Numbered from the stretch's first letter, positions 8,296-17,145 are shown. The stretch: DNA of 24,000 nucleotides from an uncultured Cohaesibacter sp. (GCF_963678225.2 NZ_CAXXID010000002.1:3579142-3603141); one strand, 5' to 3'. The notes: generated by a model not told the origin, from the sequence alone. A program made the numbers and translations.

Positions 8296-9180
8296 ATGAT
8301 TACGGTTTTCGGTTCCATCAATCTCGATATGGTGATCCGTGTTGCGGATTTTCCCCGCCCCGGCGAGACCATCACCACCCATGGTTTTGACATGTCCGCT
8401 GGTGGCAAGGGCGCCAATCAGGCGCTTGCCGTGCGTCGGGCTGGGGGCTCCGTGCGCATGGTAGGGCTGACCGGAGCGGATAGTCATGCTCAGCTTGCAC
8501 TTGCTTTGCTTGAGGAAGCCGGTGTTGACCTCACACGCACGAGGGCCTGCAAGGAAAGCACCGGACTGGCCTTCATTCAGGTGGAAGACAGCGGCGAGAA
8601 TACCATCGCCATCGTCAAGGGTGCCAATGGGGAGGTTACTCCTCAAACCGCAGACAATACACTTGGTGATCTCGCAAAGGGTGACCTTTTGCTATTGCAG
8701 CAGGAAATCCCCTTTACAGCCATCGATCAGGCCCTTGATCTGGCAAAAAAGGCCGGTGCCAAAAGCGTGCTCAATACCGCACCCTTTCAGGACGCCTACC
8801 TGCCTCTGGCCAATAAAGCCGATGTGGTTATTTCCAACGAAACCGAATTCGATGCTCTCATGCCTGGAGCCGACCCTATGCAACAGCGGGCAAAGGCTTT
8901 CGTGGCTCAAAAGGATCGCTTGTTGATCGTGACGCTGGGTGCCGAAGGTGCGCTGGTGGTTGAACCGGGTAAGGAACCAGTTCAGGTGCCATCCCCCAAG
9001 CTGGAGAAGGTGGTCGATACCACAGGAGCTGGCGACACCTTCTGCGGCTATTTCTGCCAGATGATGGCCGATGGAGCTGATCCCGTCACCGCCACTCGCA
9101 AGGCGGTCAAGGCGGCCAGTCTGGCCTGTTGCAAGAACGGGGCTCAACCGTCCATCCCGCTCGCGGCAGATGTGGCCTGA
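8296..9180 (+). CDS. rbsK: Ribokinase (PfkB family)
   Basis: Start chosen at ATG 8296 (MITVFGSINLDMV...), preceded by aaagga. Motifs GGKGANQA and DTTGAGDTF, plus the N-terminal VFGSINxD, are ribokinase hallmarks. Confidence 0.85.
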   Translation: MITVFGSINLDMVIRVADFPRPGETITTHGFDMSAGGKGANQALAVRRAGGSVRMVGLTGADSHAQLALALLEEAGVDLTRTRACKESTGLAFIQVEDSGENTIAIVKGANGEVTPQTADNTLGDLAKGDLLLLQQEIPFTAIDQALDLAKKAGAKSVLNTAPFQDAYLPLANKADVVISNETEFDALMPGADPMQQRAKAFVAQKDRLLIVTLGAEGALVVEPGKEPVQVPSPKLEKVVDTTGAGDTFCGYFCQMMADGADPVTATRKAVKAASLACCKNGAQPSIPLAADVA

Positions 9181-9240
9181 GTTTTTTCTCGGATCTATAG
9201 GCTAGTCAGGTCCGGTTCCACTCTCTAATGGAGTTTGATC

Positions 9241-10125
9241 ATGTCTTTTCGTGGTGTGTTTCCCTATCTCGTCTCTCCTGTCACCTCTGATGGTGTCGTG
9301 ATGAAAGGCATACTGACTGATCTCGTTGATCATCTCATCGAGGCCGGCGTGCATGGGCTGACCCCGCTGGGCAGCACTGGCGAATTCGCCTATCTCTCGC
9401 AGCAGCAACGCAACGAAGTCGTTGATACGGTGATCAAGGCGAACAATGGGCGGGTGCCTGTCATTGCAGGCGTGGCCTCAACCTCGACCGCAGATGCGGT
9501 CGCCCAGACCCGCCACATGATCAATGCCGGAGCGGACAGTATTCTTGCCATTCTGGAAGCCTATTTCCCGGTCAGTGAAGCCGGGGTCGAGAGCTATTTT
9601 ACCCAGATTGCCAAAGCAGCCGATGGCAAGCCCGTTGTGCTCTATACCAACCCGCAATTCCAGCGCTCAGACCTGACCCTGCCGGTTATCGAGCGCTTGA
9701 GCCAAATCGATAATATCCGCTATATCAAGGATGCCTCAACCAATACCGGGCGACTGCTTTCCATCATCGAACGCACCAGAGGGCGTATGGAAGTATTCTC
9801 CGCCTCCGCGCATATTCCTGCCTGTGTCATGATGATTGGTGGCGTGGGCTGGATGGCTGGCCCCGCCTGCATCGTGCCCAAACAGAGCATCGCGCTCTAT
9901 GAAGCCGCCCAGATGGGCGACTGGGACAAGGCTATGGAGCTGCAACGCCCTCTCTGGCGGATCAATGAAATCTTTGCCAAATACTCCATAGCGGGATGCA
10001 TCAAGGCCGCGCTAGATCTGCAGGGCTTCAAGGTTGGCGACCCCATTGCGCCCCAGGCACCCTTGGGTAAAGAAGCTCGCCATGAAATTGCTGCGGTTTT
10101 GCGAGAAGTCGGTGCTTTGACCTAG
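9241..10125 (+). CDS. Dihydrodipicolinate synthase / N-acetylneuraminate lyase family class I aldolase-like protein (substrate unknown)
   Basis: Start chosen at ATG 9241 ([10 protein letters not shown]...) with ggag 7 nt upstream. GSTGEF motif, YTNP, and candidate Schiff-base Lys in IRYIKDAS. Separated from rbsK by 60 nt that begins with a T-run but has no strong hairpin. Confidence 0.8.
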   Translation: MSFRGVFPYLVSPVTSDGVVMKGILTDLVDHLIEAGVHGLTPLGSTGEFAYLSQQQRNEVVDTVIKANNGRVPVIAGVASTSTADAVAQTRHMINAGADSILAILEAYFPVSEAGVESYFTQIAKAADGKPVVLYTNPQFQRSDLTLPVIERLSQIDNIRYIKDASTNTGRLLSIIERTRGRMEVFSASAHIPACVMMIGGVGWMAGPACIVPKQSIALYEAAQMGDWDKAMELQRPLWRINEIFAKYSIAGCIKAALDLQGFKVGDPIAPQAPLGKEARHEIAAVLREVGALT

Positions 10126-10187
10126 AACGTCAAGTACACATTAAGGCAATACGAACAGCACAAAGGCATTCACCGCCATGGGGTTTT

Positions 10188-12800
10188 CTACTTCCTGAAG
10201 AGTTTACTCGCACCGCCTGATATGACCAGGGTTACATCTTTAAGCGCCGAAATAGGAGAAACCCCGGGAGGAACCGCGACAAAACGGGGTTGCCAGTCGG
10301 GATGGAATTTCTGCTTGAAGGCACGTAGTCCTTCAAAATTATAAAATGACCGTCCGTGCCGATACATAATGGCGCCGAAACGACTCCAAAGACGGGCACC
10401 CTTGCGCACTTGGAGACCCGCAAGCGGAGCAAGGCTGAGACTGAATTCCTCTGCGCCGGTTCTTCTGGCATATTCGATCAGTTCAATGAAGAGAAATTCC
10501 ATCACGCCGTTGGCCTGTTCAGGCGGGTAGCGCATCAGGTCAATTGAAACGCGGGAACCGTCTCCCGGGCGAAGTATATTGGCAAAGGCCAAAATTTCGC
10601 CATGGCGTTTGATGGTGGCTATGGAGAAATTCTGCAAATAGCCAGGGTCGAACCGCCCCAGCGAGAACCCTTTTTCCCCGCCAACCTTATCTGCAATCCA
10701 CGCATCTGAAATTGATTTCAACTGGCCCATCAGAGACAGATCATGAGGGGCATCGTTGATCGTCAATTCGAAGCCATCCTTCAAAGCCTTATTGTGTGCT
10801 GAACGCATAGATTTGAACTTGCTGCCAGCAAGGGTGAAATCGCGCAATAGAATTTCAGCTTCTTCACCGATCTTATGGAGTGAAAAGCCCATTTCTATCC
10901 AGAGCGAAAGATAGGCTTTGCTCACCTCGAACATGACCGGGTGGGCGCCGTTGTCGTAAGCTTCCTCCCAGAATGACCAGACGAGGGCCTCAATAGATTC
11001 CTTCGGCCCAACCGGGTCCGAATAGGCAATCCATTTGTTGCCTTGTACCGCATACATGATGAAAGCATCTTCGCTGTCGTTAAAGAACAGCTCCTTGTCT
11101 CCGGTCAGAGCCAAACAGGCTTTTGGGTCATTCTGCTGATCAATGATGGCGCGGGCTTTCTTAAGGGCCGATTTATCAGGAGGCCTAGTATGGAAAGTTG
11201 CGGGCTGAATGGCGAGCCAAACAGTTACGAACAAAAAGAAAGATGACCCGGCCAATCCGGCGCGTAAAGCACGGGAAGTGTTTGCTATGCTCGAAAAATC
11301 AGTCCAGAGATCTGTGCTATATGGGGTCGCTTCATGCATGAAGAAAAACACAGTCGCGGCACTGACCGCTATTCCGCCCGCAAGAGCGAACCATCCCGGG
11401 CTCAGCACACTGCGGGTCAATTTGGCCGAACGGTTGAAGAAGCTTCGAAAAGGCCAAAGGACAATCGCCGTAGTTAGCAGCAACAGGACGCTATCCAGAT
11501 CCAGCTTGTTCATCAAAGCTGCACCAGAAGCTACAGCGAGAGCAGTTAAAGTGAGCCAGTAGGCTCCGGATATCCTGCGCACAAGTCCTTGGCTCAAGAT
11601 GACCAACAAGACACCCAAAACAGCAGAGAGGAGGGCGCCACCCTCAAGAAGGATCGTCGCCAGCAAATCGTCAGGGTCTATCTCATCCGGCCGGACCGAT
11701 GGCATGAGTGCGATAAGAACCAGATAACTGCCTATGCCAAAGACGGCAAGGCCAATCAAGGTAGGCGCAACGCCACTGGCTGCCTTCATGACCGGTCGGA
11801 GCGGTTCAGACACATCGCCAAACAGTCTGGTGATAAAACCACCGGCAAAGCGGGCTTCATTGATCGCGACAAAGACAAGAGCAAGCGCAAAGGGTAAGAG
11901 ATAATAAATAAGCCGATAGAGAAGCAACGCAGCCGCGATCTGATCAAGCGGCACACCCTTGGGGAGGGCCGCGATGATGATGGTTTCGAAAACACCGACA
12001 CCACCAGGCACATGACTGAGCACACCCGCCATTGATGCGGCAGCAAAGACCGGCAGGAAGGTGAGAAAATCGGGGCGAGCGCCCGGGAGCAAAACATAGA
12101 GCGTTAGCGCTGCCATTGAGGTGTCTATAAGGGTAAAAGCCAGCTGTGAAAAAAGCACTCCCGGCGTTGGGGCCGATAGTTCGAACTTGCCCAACCGAAA
12201 GCTTTTTCCGTTCAGAGACATAAGCAACAGGAACAACACGACGGCCACAGCGGCAACCCCAGCCCAAATTCTCAGACTAACTGGCGCGATTGGCAAGATA
12301 TTGACTAGCGCATAAGGGTGAATTGCTAACGCTGCAAGGCCAATCACCGTTATGCCAAAGCCGAATGCAAGTGCGGCAAAGGTCGAAACGCTTGCAATCT
12401 CGAACAGGCTCAATCCAAAAGCAGAATAGACCCTATAGCGTACGGCACCGCCGGAAATCACACTAACACCGATCGTGTTGCCGAAGCTGTAGCCGAGAAA
12501 TCCGCCCACAGCGATGGCACTTGCGGGCACTTTCTTGCCAAGGGACCGCAAAGCTGACCAGTCATAACCGATCAATGCAATATAGCCCGCAGCCGTTGCC
12601 AAAAGAGCTGACAACAATGTCAACCACGGGGTCATGCGCACCTGAGCAATAACGTCCGTCGCCTTGACGGGTTTGAGCAAATGATAAAGCGCGTAAATAC
12701 CGAGCACAAACAAAATAAGAGCAAGCAGGATCGGCGCAGACTTTCTTGCGTAGGAAGCCCAATCTGATTGAGCGAGGCTATCGGAGTTTGAACTGGACAA
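10188..12800 (-). CDS. mprF: Bifunctional aminoacyl(lysyl/alanyl)-phosphatidylglycerol synthase/flippase, MprF/LpiA-like
   Basis: 870 aa. The N-terminal ~530 aa is a very hydrophobic multi-TM domain. The soluble C-terminal ~330 aa ends in ...YNFEGLRAFKQKFHPDWQPRF..., characteristic of the aminoacyl-PG synthase (DUF2156) domain. The only in-frame start that preserves the first TM segment is TTG at 12800. Confidence 0.82.
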   Translation of the reverse strand: MSSSNSDSLAQSDWASYARKSAPILLALILFVLGIYALYHLLKPVKATDVIAQVRMTPWLTLLSALLATAAGYIALIGYDWSALRSLGKKVPASAIAVGGFLGYSFGNTIGVSVISGGAVRYRVYSAFGLSLFEIASVSTFAALAFGFGITVIGLAALAIHPYALVNILPIAPVSLRIWAGVAAVAVVLFLLLMSLNGKSFRLGKFELSAPTPGVLFSQLAFTLIDTSMAALTLYVLLPGARPDFLTFLPVFAAASMAGVLSHVPGGVGVFETIIIAALPKGVPLDQIAAALLLYRLIYYLLPFALALVFVAINEARFAGGFITRLFGDVSEPLRPVMKAASGVAPTLIGLAVFGIGSYLVLIALMPSVRPDEIDPDDLLATILLEGGALLSAVLGVLLVILSQGLVRRISGAYWLTLTALAVASGAALMNKLDLDSVLLLLTTAIVLWPFRSFFNRSAKLTRSVLSPGWFALAGGIAVSAATVFFFMHEATPYSTDLWTDFSSIANTSRALRAGLAGSSFFLFVTVWLAIQPATFHTRPPDKSALKKARAIIDQQNDPKACLALTGDKELFFNDSEDAFIMYAVQGNKWIAYSDPVGPKESIEALVWSFWEEAYDNGAHPVMFEVSKAYLSLWIEMGFSLHKIGEEAEILLRDFTLAGSKFKSMRSAHNKALKDGFELTINDAPHDLSLMGQLKSISDAWIADKVGGEKGFSLGRFDPGYLQNFSIATIKRHGEILAFANILRPGDGSRVSIDLMRYPPEQANGVMEFLFIELIEYARRTGAEEFSLSLAPLAGLQVRKGARLWSRFGAIMYRHGRSFYNFEGLRAFKQKFHPDWQPRFVAVPPGVSPISALKDVTLVISGGASKLFRK

Positions 12801-12915
12801 GCTGGTCTCTCGTTTTCAAATTTGCAAAATCAGGACCAACTAAAGGAGGTGTGTTGATTCGGCCCGATTAGAATCGCCTACTTACTGAGCATTTTCGACA
12901 GTTTATTGGGCAAAT

Positions 12916-12935
12916 TTCTTACAAATTTGTAAGAA
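12916..12935. promoter_or_regulatory. Perfect 20-bp palindrome TTCTTACAAATTTGTAAGAA upstream of mprF (candidate operator)
   Basis: Checked by hand to be its own reverse complement. Its core CAAATTTG recurs at 12817-12824, and CAAATTT recurs at 12911-12917. Confidence 0.5.
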
Positions 12936-13075
12936 CATCTCAATATTTTCGGCAAATATCGATGACAAAACAGACGATAATCCATAGCGCATGAGTTGGA
13001 GATACAAAAATCGTAACAAACGCGCTCCTACACCAATGTTTAGCACATCAATGAAGCGACCTAAAAAATGGTGAG

Positions 13076-13993
13076 CTACTCTACCGGCTCAAATCCAAAC
13101 TCCGGTGTAAACGACTGAATAGCTTCAATAACTTCAACAATCCTCGGATCTGATTTGCGCTCGAGCAAAACATAGATCCCCATAAGCCAGCGAGGGATTT
13201 CCTCATCGGGAGTCATTTCGATCTGAACAAGGCCTTTGCTTCCTAGAAAACTATTCAGCTGTGTCGAATGAACCAGAACCATATCGGTTTCCAGCACCAT
13301 ATCAACACAAGCCGTCATGGAGTTTGACATGAAGGTGTGGCCAAACCAGTCAGACCGCGGCTCATTTGCATCTGCACGTTGTCCAAGTTGTCGGTCTTCG
13401 GGTTGAACAGCGATGCATGTTGGCCATTGGGTGATCTCGTCTCGGTGACGCGGCTGTTCAAGCAGAGGATGGTCAGGCCGGACATAATAGGCATCGGCGG
13501 CCATCCCAAGTGGAATGAATTCCACTTCACTGCGTTTATTGAAATCGGGAATAATGTGCCCGACAAATAATGAAATATCACCAGCAAGCAGATGGTCCAT
13601 GCAGGCCATCATGTTGCCAACACTGACATTGATAGAAACCTTTGGAAAAGCCTGATGATGCTTGATTAAATAATCTTTGAAGAATTGCGTCCAGGTAGAA
13701 TACCCCGTACCAATACTTATGCCATGCTCGCGTTCTTCACGAAGTTGATCAATATTGTCTATCGCATTTGCATAAATCCGGCGCATAAGATGCGCACTTT
13801 TATAGAGAGTCTCACCATAAGTGGTCAAGCGCACCCCGCGAGAAGATCGTTTGAACAGTTTGACCTTCATCTTCTCTTCAAGCTTCTTTATGTTGTATGT
13901 CAAAGCAGGCTGAGATATCAACAACTTACTGGAAGCCGCCGCAAAAGAACCTGCATCTGCGACTTCAAGAAACTGCTCTAATGTGCGATCCAT
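13076..13993 (-). CDS. LysR-family transcriptional regulator
   Basis: Start placed at ATG 13993 (MDRTLEQFLEVADAGSFAAASSKLLISQPALTYNIKKLEEKM...), preceded by gggaga. It has the LysR wHTH and a substrate-binding C-terminal domain. The track's 38-aa N-terminal extension has no support. Divergent from dctP. Confidence 0.85.
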   Translation of the reverse strand: MDRTLEQFLEVADAGSFAAASSKLLISQPALTYNIKKLEEKMKVKLFKRSSRGVRLTTYGETLYKSAHLMRRIYANAIDNIDQLREEREHGISIGTGYSTWTQFFKDYLIKHHQAFPKVSINVSVGNMMACMDHLLAGDISLFVGHIIPDFNKRSEVEFIPLGMAADAYYVRPDHPLLEQPRHRDEITQWPTCIAVQPEDRQLGQRADANEPRSDWFGHTFMSNSMTACVDMVLETDMVLVHSTQLNSFLGSKGLVQIEMTPDEEIPRWLMGIYVLLERKSDPRIVEVIEAIQSFTPEFGFEPVE

Positions 13994-14138
13994 TTTCCGA
14001 TTTCTCCCGAATAAACGCCACCCTTTTCTATAAAATTCATTTATATTAGCGCCGTTTTTTTGTATTGGATTTAAAGCCTCGAGAAATCTATATTCGCGCC
14101 AAGCCATTTGTCAATTCCAGTAAACCTGAAATTGCCAG

Positions 14139-14173
14139 GTGCAAAAAGAGGGTATTTTTGCGAGTGATTGCAC
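14139..14173. promoter_or_regulatory. Nested inverted repeats in the LysR-dctP divergent intergenic region (candidate LysR box)
   Basis: GTGCAAAAA-gagggta-TTTTTGC, then GAGTGA, then TTGCAC. GCAAAAA (14141-14147) pairs with TTTTTGC (14155-14161). GTGCAA (14139-14144) pairs with TTGCAC (14168-14173). Confidence 0.4.
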
Positions 14174-14291
14174 TATAACACTCCATTGTCCGACCATGGT
14201 GGAGGCTTCAAAAAGTAGTCATGCCGGACAATACGTAAAAATACTTTCTTTGTCTCAAGTTTAAAATTCTCGTTTCGAAAGGGAGAAAGTC

Positions 14292-15272
14292 ATGAGACTT
14301 GGAAAGATCGGAACACTTCTGGTTGCTTCAATCGCATTCGGGGCTCTTAGCTCTTCTGCATCTGCTCTTACACTTAAAGTGTCGGATTCTCACAACAACA
14401 ATCACTCAACCGTTGTCGCTCTGAACGAGTTTAGCTCTGCGATTGAAGAGCGCACGGGTGGTGACGTTGAAGTGCAGGTATTTGGCGCAGGCGTGCTCGG
14501 TACCGAATCCGAAATGATCAACCAGCTGCGCATGGGCATTCTGGACATGGTGCGGACAGCGCCAACTGATCTGGAAAAATTCAACCCAGTCTACAGTGCT
14601 TTTTTGCTTCCTTACCTCTTCAAGGATGACGCTGGCGTTGAAAAGGCCATGAGCGAAGTCAAAGATGATGTGTTCCACTCTCATCCGGATTCCGGTTTCA
14701 TGGGGCTTGCCTGGAATACAGCAGGGGCTCGCAGCTTCTATACCGTGGACAAGGAAATCAACAGCCCAGCCGATCTGGAAGGCCTGAAAATCCGCGTTCC
14801 GAACAGCCGTTCCATGACACAGGCTGTTGAAATGCTCGGCGCAACGGCAACGCCTGTGCCTTGGGGTGAAGTTTACACGGCTCTGCAGCAGGGCATCGTT
14901 GATGGCGCCGAGGGAAGCCCGACTTCTCTGATTGACGGTAAATTTGTTGAAGTCATTCGTCACTTCTCCTTCGATCGTCACTTTACCATTCCTGACGTTC
15001 TGATCATCAGCACCAAAACCTGGGACAAGCTGAACGACGAACAGAAAGCGATCTTCAAGGAAGAAGCAGAAAATTACACCAAGCGTGTTGCTGTTCTTGA
15101 AGAAGAGAAGGTTGCCAAAGCGATCGCTCTGTCCAAAGAGCAGGGCGTAGCCTTCAAGGACGTTGATCTGGCCCCCTTTAAAGCGCGCGTTATGCCGCTC
15201 TATGACGAGCTGCGCGCCAACAATGAAGAAGCTGCCGAGATCGTATCTCGCATTGAAGCAGCTCAAGAGTAA
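14292..15272 (+). CDS. dctP: TRAP transporter substrate-binding protein (DctP family)
   Basis: 326 aa. Signal peptide MRLGKIGTLLVASIAFGALSSSASA. DctP-family sequence features, and followed by dctQ/dctM-type genes. RBS gggaga. Confidence 0.88.
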   Translation: MRLGKIGTLLVASIAFGALSSSASALTLKVSDSHNNNHSTVVALNEFSSAIEERTGGDVEVQVFGAGVLGTESEMINQLRMGILDMVRTAPTDLEKFNPVYSAFLLPYLFKDDAGVEKAMSEVKDDVFHSHPDSGFMGLAWNTAGARSFYTVDKEINSPADLEGLKIRVPNSRSMTQAVEMLGATATPVPWGEVYTALQQGIVDGAEGSPTSLIDGKFVEVIRHFSFDRHFTIPDVLIISTKTWDKLNDEQKAIFKEEAENYTKRVAVLEEEKVAKAIALSKEQGVAFKDVDLAPFKARVMPLYDELRANNEEAAEIVSRIEAAQE

Positions 15273-15304
15273 GGTGAGCGGTATCTAACCCTCGTATGAT
15301 GTGT

Positions 15305-15322
15305 TTCCGGCTCTAGCCGGAA
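15305..15322 (+). promoter_or_regulatory. Intercistronic hairpin after dctP
   Basis: ttccggc tcta gccggaa: a perfect 7-bp stem with a 4-nt loop, 33 nt after the dctP stop. Confidence 0.5.
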
Positions 15323-15359
15323 GCACTGCCTTTCTCCTCTAATTAAGGCACAAACCTTC

Positions 15360-15851
15360 ATGGTGAAATTTCGGAATTATTTGGAAAAGGCTGTGTTGTC
15401 TCTGATCACGGTCTTTCTGGTCCTGCTCGTTGTGATGGCATCCTGGCAGGTCTTCGCACGTTACATTCTCAATGCTCCGCCCCAATTTACAGACGAAGCC
15501 ATGCGGTTCACGATGATCTGGTTGGTGTATCTGGGGGCAGCTCTCGCCTTCGGTATCACTGATCGCCATATGTCACTTGGCCTATTCAAGGACATGTTCA
15601 AGGGGCGGACCCGCATCATGTTCGAGGTGTTCAGCTTCGCATCCGTGCTGGTGTTCTGCCTGATCGTCATGATCAAGGGCGGCATCGCGTTGGTCCTCAT
15701 CGGTGAGGGGCAGTATTCGGACAGCATGAACCTACCAATGAACTGGGTGTATGTGATTATTCCCTTCTCGGGTTTCCTTTCGATCCTGCTCAAAACACAA
15801 AATTTTGTTGAGGTCTTAAAAGATATAAGGAGCGGTTCGGATGGATACTAA
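15360..15851 (+). CDS. dctQ: TRAP transporter small permease (DctQ family)
   Basis: 163 aa with four predicted TM segments. Position and size are typical of DctQ. Overlaps dctM by 11 nt. Confidence 0.85.
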   Translation: MVKFRNYLEKAVLSLITVFLVLLVVMASWQVFARYILNAPPQFTDEAMRFTMIWLVYLGAALAFGITDRHMSLGLFKDMFKGRTRIMFEVFSFASVLVFCLIVMIKGGIALVLIGEGQYSDSMNLPMNWVYVIIPFSGFLSILLKTQNFVEVLKDIRSGSDGY

Positions 15852-17145
15852 TCTTGTCATTATGATCCTGTTGCCGTTGTTTCTGGTCTTCATGTTTTCT
15901 GGCATTCCGATTGCAATCGGTATCGGCCTAAGTTCTCTGGCGGCAATCCTCGTTATTCTGCCCTTCGACATGGTGGCCTTTCAGGGCGCCCAGAAGATGT
16001 TTGGCGGCATCAACAGTTTCGGCATGCTAGCCGTGCCTTTCTTCATGCTCGCCGGCAACATTATGAACCATGGCGGCATCGCAAGAAAACTAATCGATCT
16101 TGCGCTTATGTTTGGTGGTCGCATGCCAGGTGCTTTGGCGCACGCCAACGTTATGGGCAACATGCTGTTTGGCACATTGTCCGGTTCCGGCATGGCTTGT
16201 ACGGCAGCCATCGGCGGTACCATGGCCCCGATTCAGAAAGAAAAAGGCTATAACCCGGCATTCTCCGCTGCGATCAACATCGCATCTGGCCCCGTCGGCA
16301 TGCTTATTCCACCAAGCGGACTATTGATCCTGTTCTCGATTGTCAGCGGTGGCGTTTCTGTTGCGGGCTTGTTTATGGGCGGCTGGATTCCCGGCATCCT
16401 GTGGGGTGTAGCCGTGATGGTTGTTGCCTACTTCATGGCAAAGAAGCACAACCTGCCAACCGAGAAGTCCGACCGCACGTTCGGTCAGAAACTGAAAGTC
16501 TTCTGGGACGCAGTACCAGCCCTGATGCTGATTGTCATCGTGATGGGCGGCATTGTTGGCGGCGTATTCACCGCTACCGAAGGTGCTGCGGTTGCTGTTG
16601 TCTACAGTCTACTGCTTTCTTTCTACTACAGAACCATCAGTGGCAAAATGCTACTGAAAACCCTGAGCGATACCGCCCTTACAACCGGCGTTATTCTCTT
16701 CTTGGTGGCTGTTTCGAGCTTGATGAGCTGGATCATGGCTTATGCTCAGATCCCGCAGATGATCGGCGAAACGCTTCTGCAACTGACCGATAACCGTATC
16801 GTTCTGCTGCTGATCATCAACATCTCCTTGCTCATTCTGGGCACCTTCATGGACGCCACACCGGCGATCCTGATTTTCACACCGATCCTGATGCCAATCT
16901 GTACCGGCATGTTCGGGATGGACCCGATCCACTTTGGCGTAATGATGATTTTCAACCTTGGTATCGGGAACATCACTCCGCCTGTTGGCTGTGTGCTCTT
17001 CGTGGGCGCGGCAGTGGGGGATACTAAGATCGAAAAGATCATTCCGTTCCTTCTCCCGGTCTTCGCGGTTCTGTTCGGTGTGCTGTTGCTTGTTACCTAC
17101 GTTCCGTCCCTGACGCTGTTCCTGCCACGCCTTATCGGGCTCTGA
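15841..17145 (+). CDS. dctM: TRAP transporter large permease (DctM family)
   Basis: 434 aa, polytopic, DctM-like throughout. RBS aaggag lies 8 nt upstream. Confidence 0.9.
   Translation: MDTNLVIMILLPLFLVFMFSGIPIAIGIGLSSLAAILVILPFDMVAFQGAQKMFGGINSFGMLAVPFFMLAGNIMNHGGIARKLIDLALMFGGRMPGALAHANVMGNMLFGTLSGSGMACTAAIGGTMAPIQKEKGYNPAFSAAINIASGPVGMLIPPSGLLILFSIVSGGVSVAGLFMGGWIPGILWGVAVMVVAYFMAKKHNLPTEKSDRTFGQKLKVFWDAVPALMLIVIVMGGIVGGVFTATEGAAVAVVYSLLLSFYYRTISGKMLLKTLSDTALTTGVILFLVAVSSLMSWIMAYAQIPQMIGETLLQLTDNRIVLLLIINISLLILGTFMDATPAILIFTPILMPICTGMFGMDPIHFGVMMIFNLGIGNITPPVGCVLFVGAAVGDTKIEKIIPFLLPVFAVLFGVLLLVTYVPSLTLFLPRLIGL

Noticed and set aside
9181-9195. T-run (gttttttctc) right after the rbsK stop as a terminator
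   Set aside because: No convincing GC-rich hairpin precedes it. It is noted only as a caveat that the DHDPS-like gene might be transcribed separately.
13994-14107. 38-aa N-terminal extension of the LysR ORF (track start 14107)
   Set aside because: LysR HTH domains begin within a few residues of the N-terminus. ATG 13993 has a gggaga RBS, and the extension has no support.
14406-15266. 286-aa minus-strand ORF
   Set aside because: It is antisense to dctP, which has a signal peptide, an RBS and operon context. The antisense ORF has no motif support.
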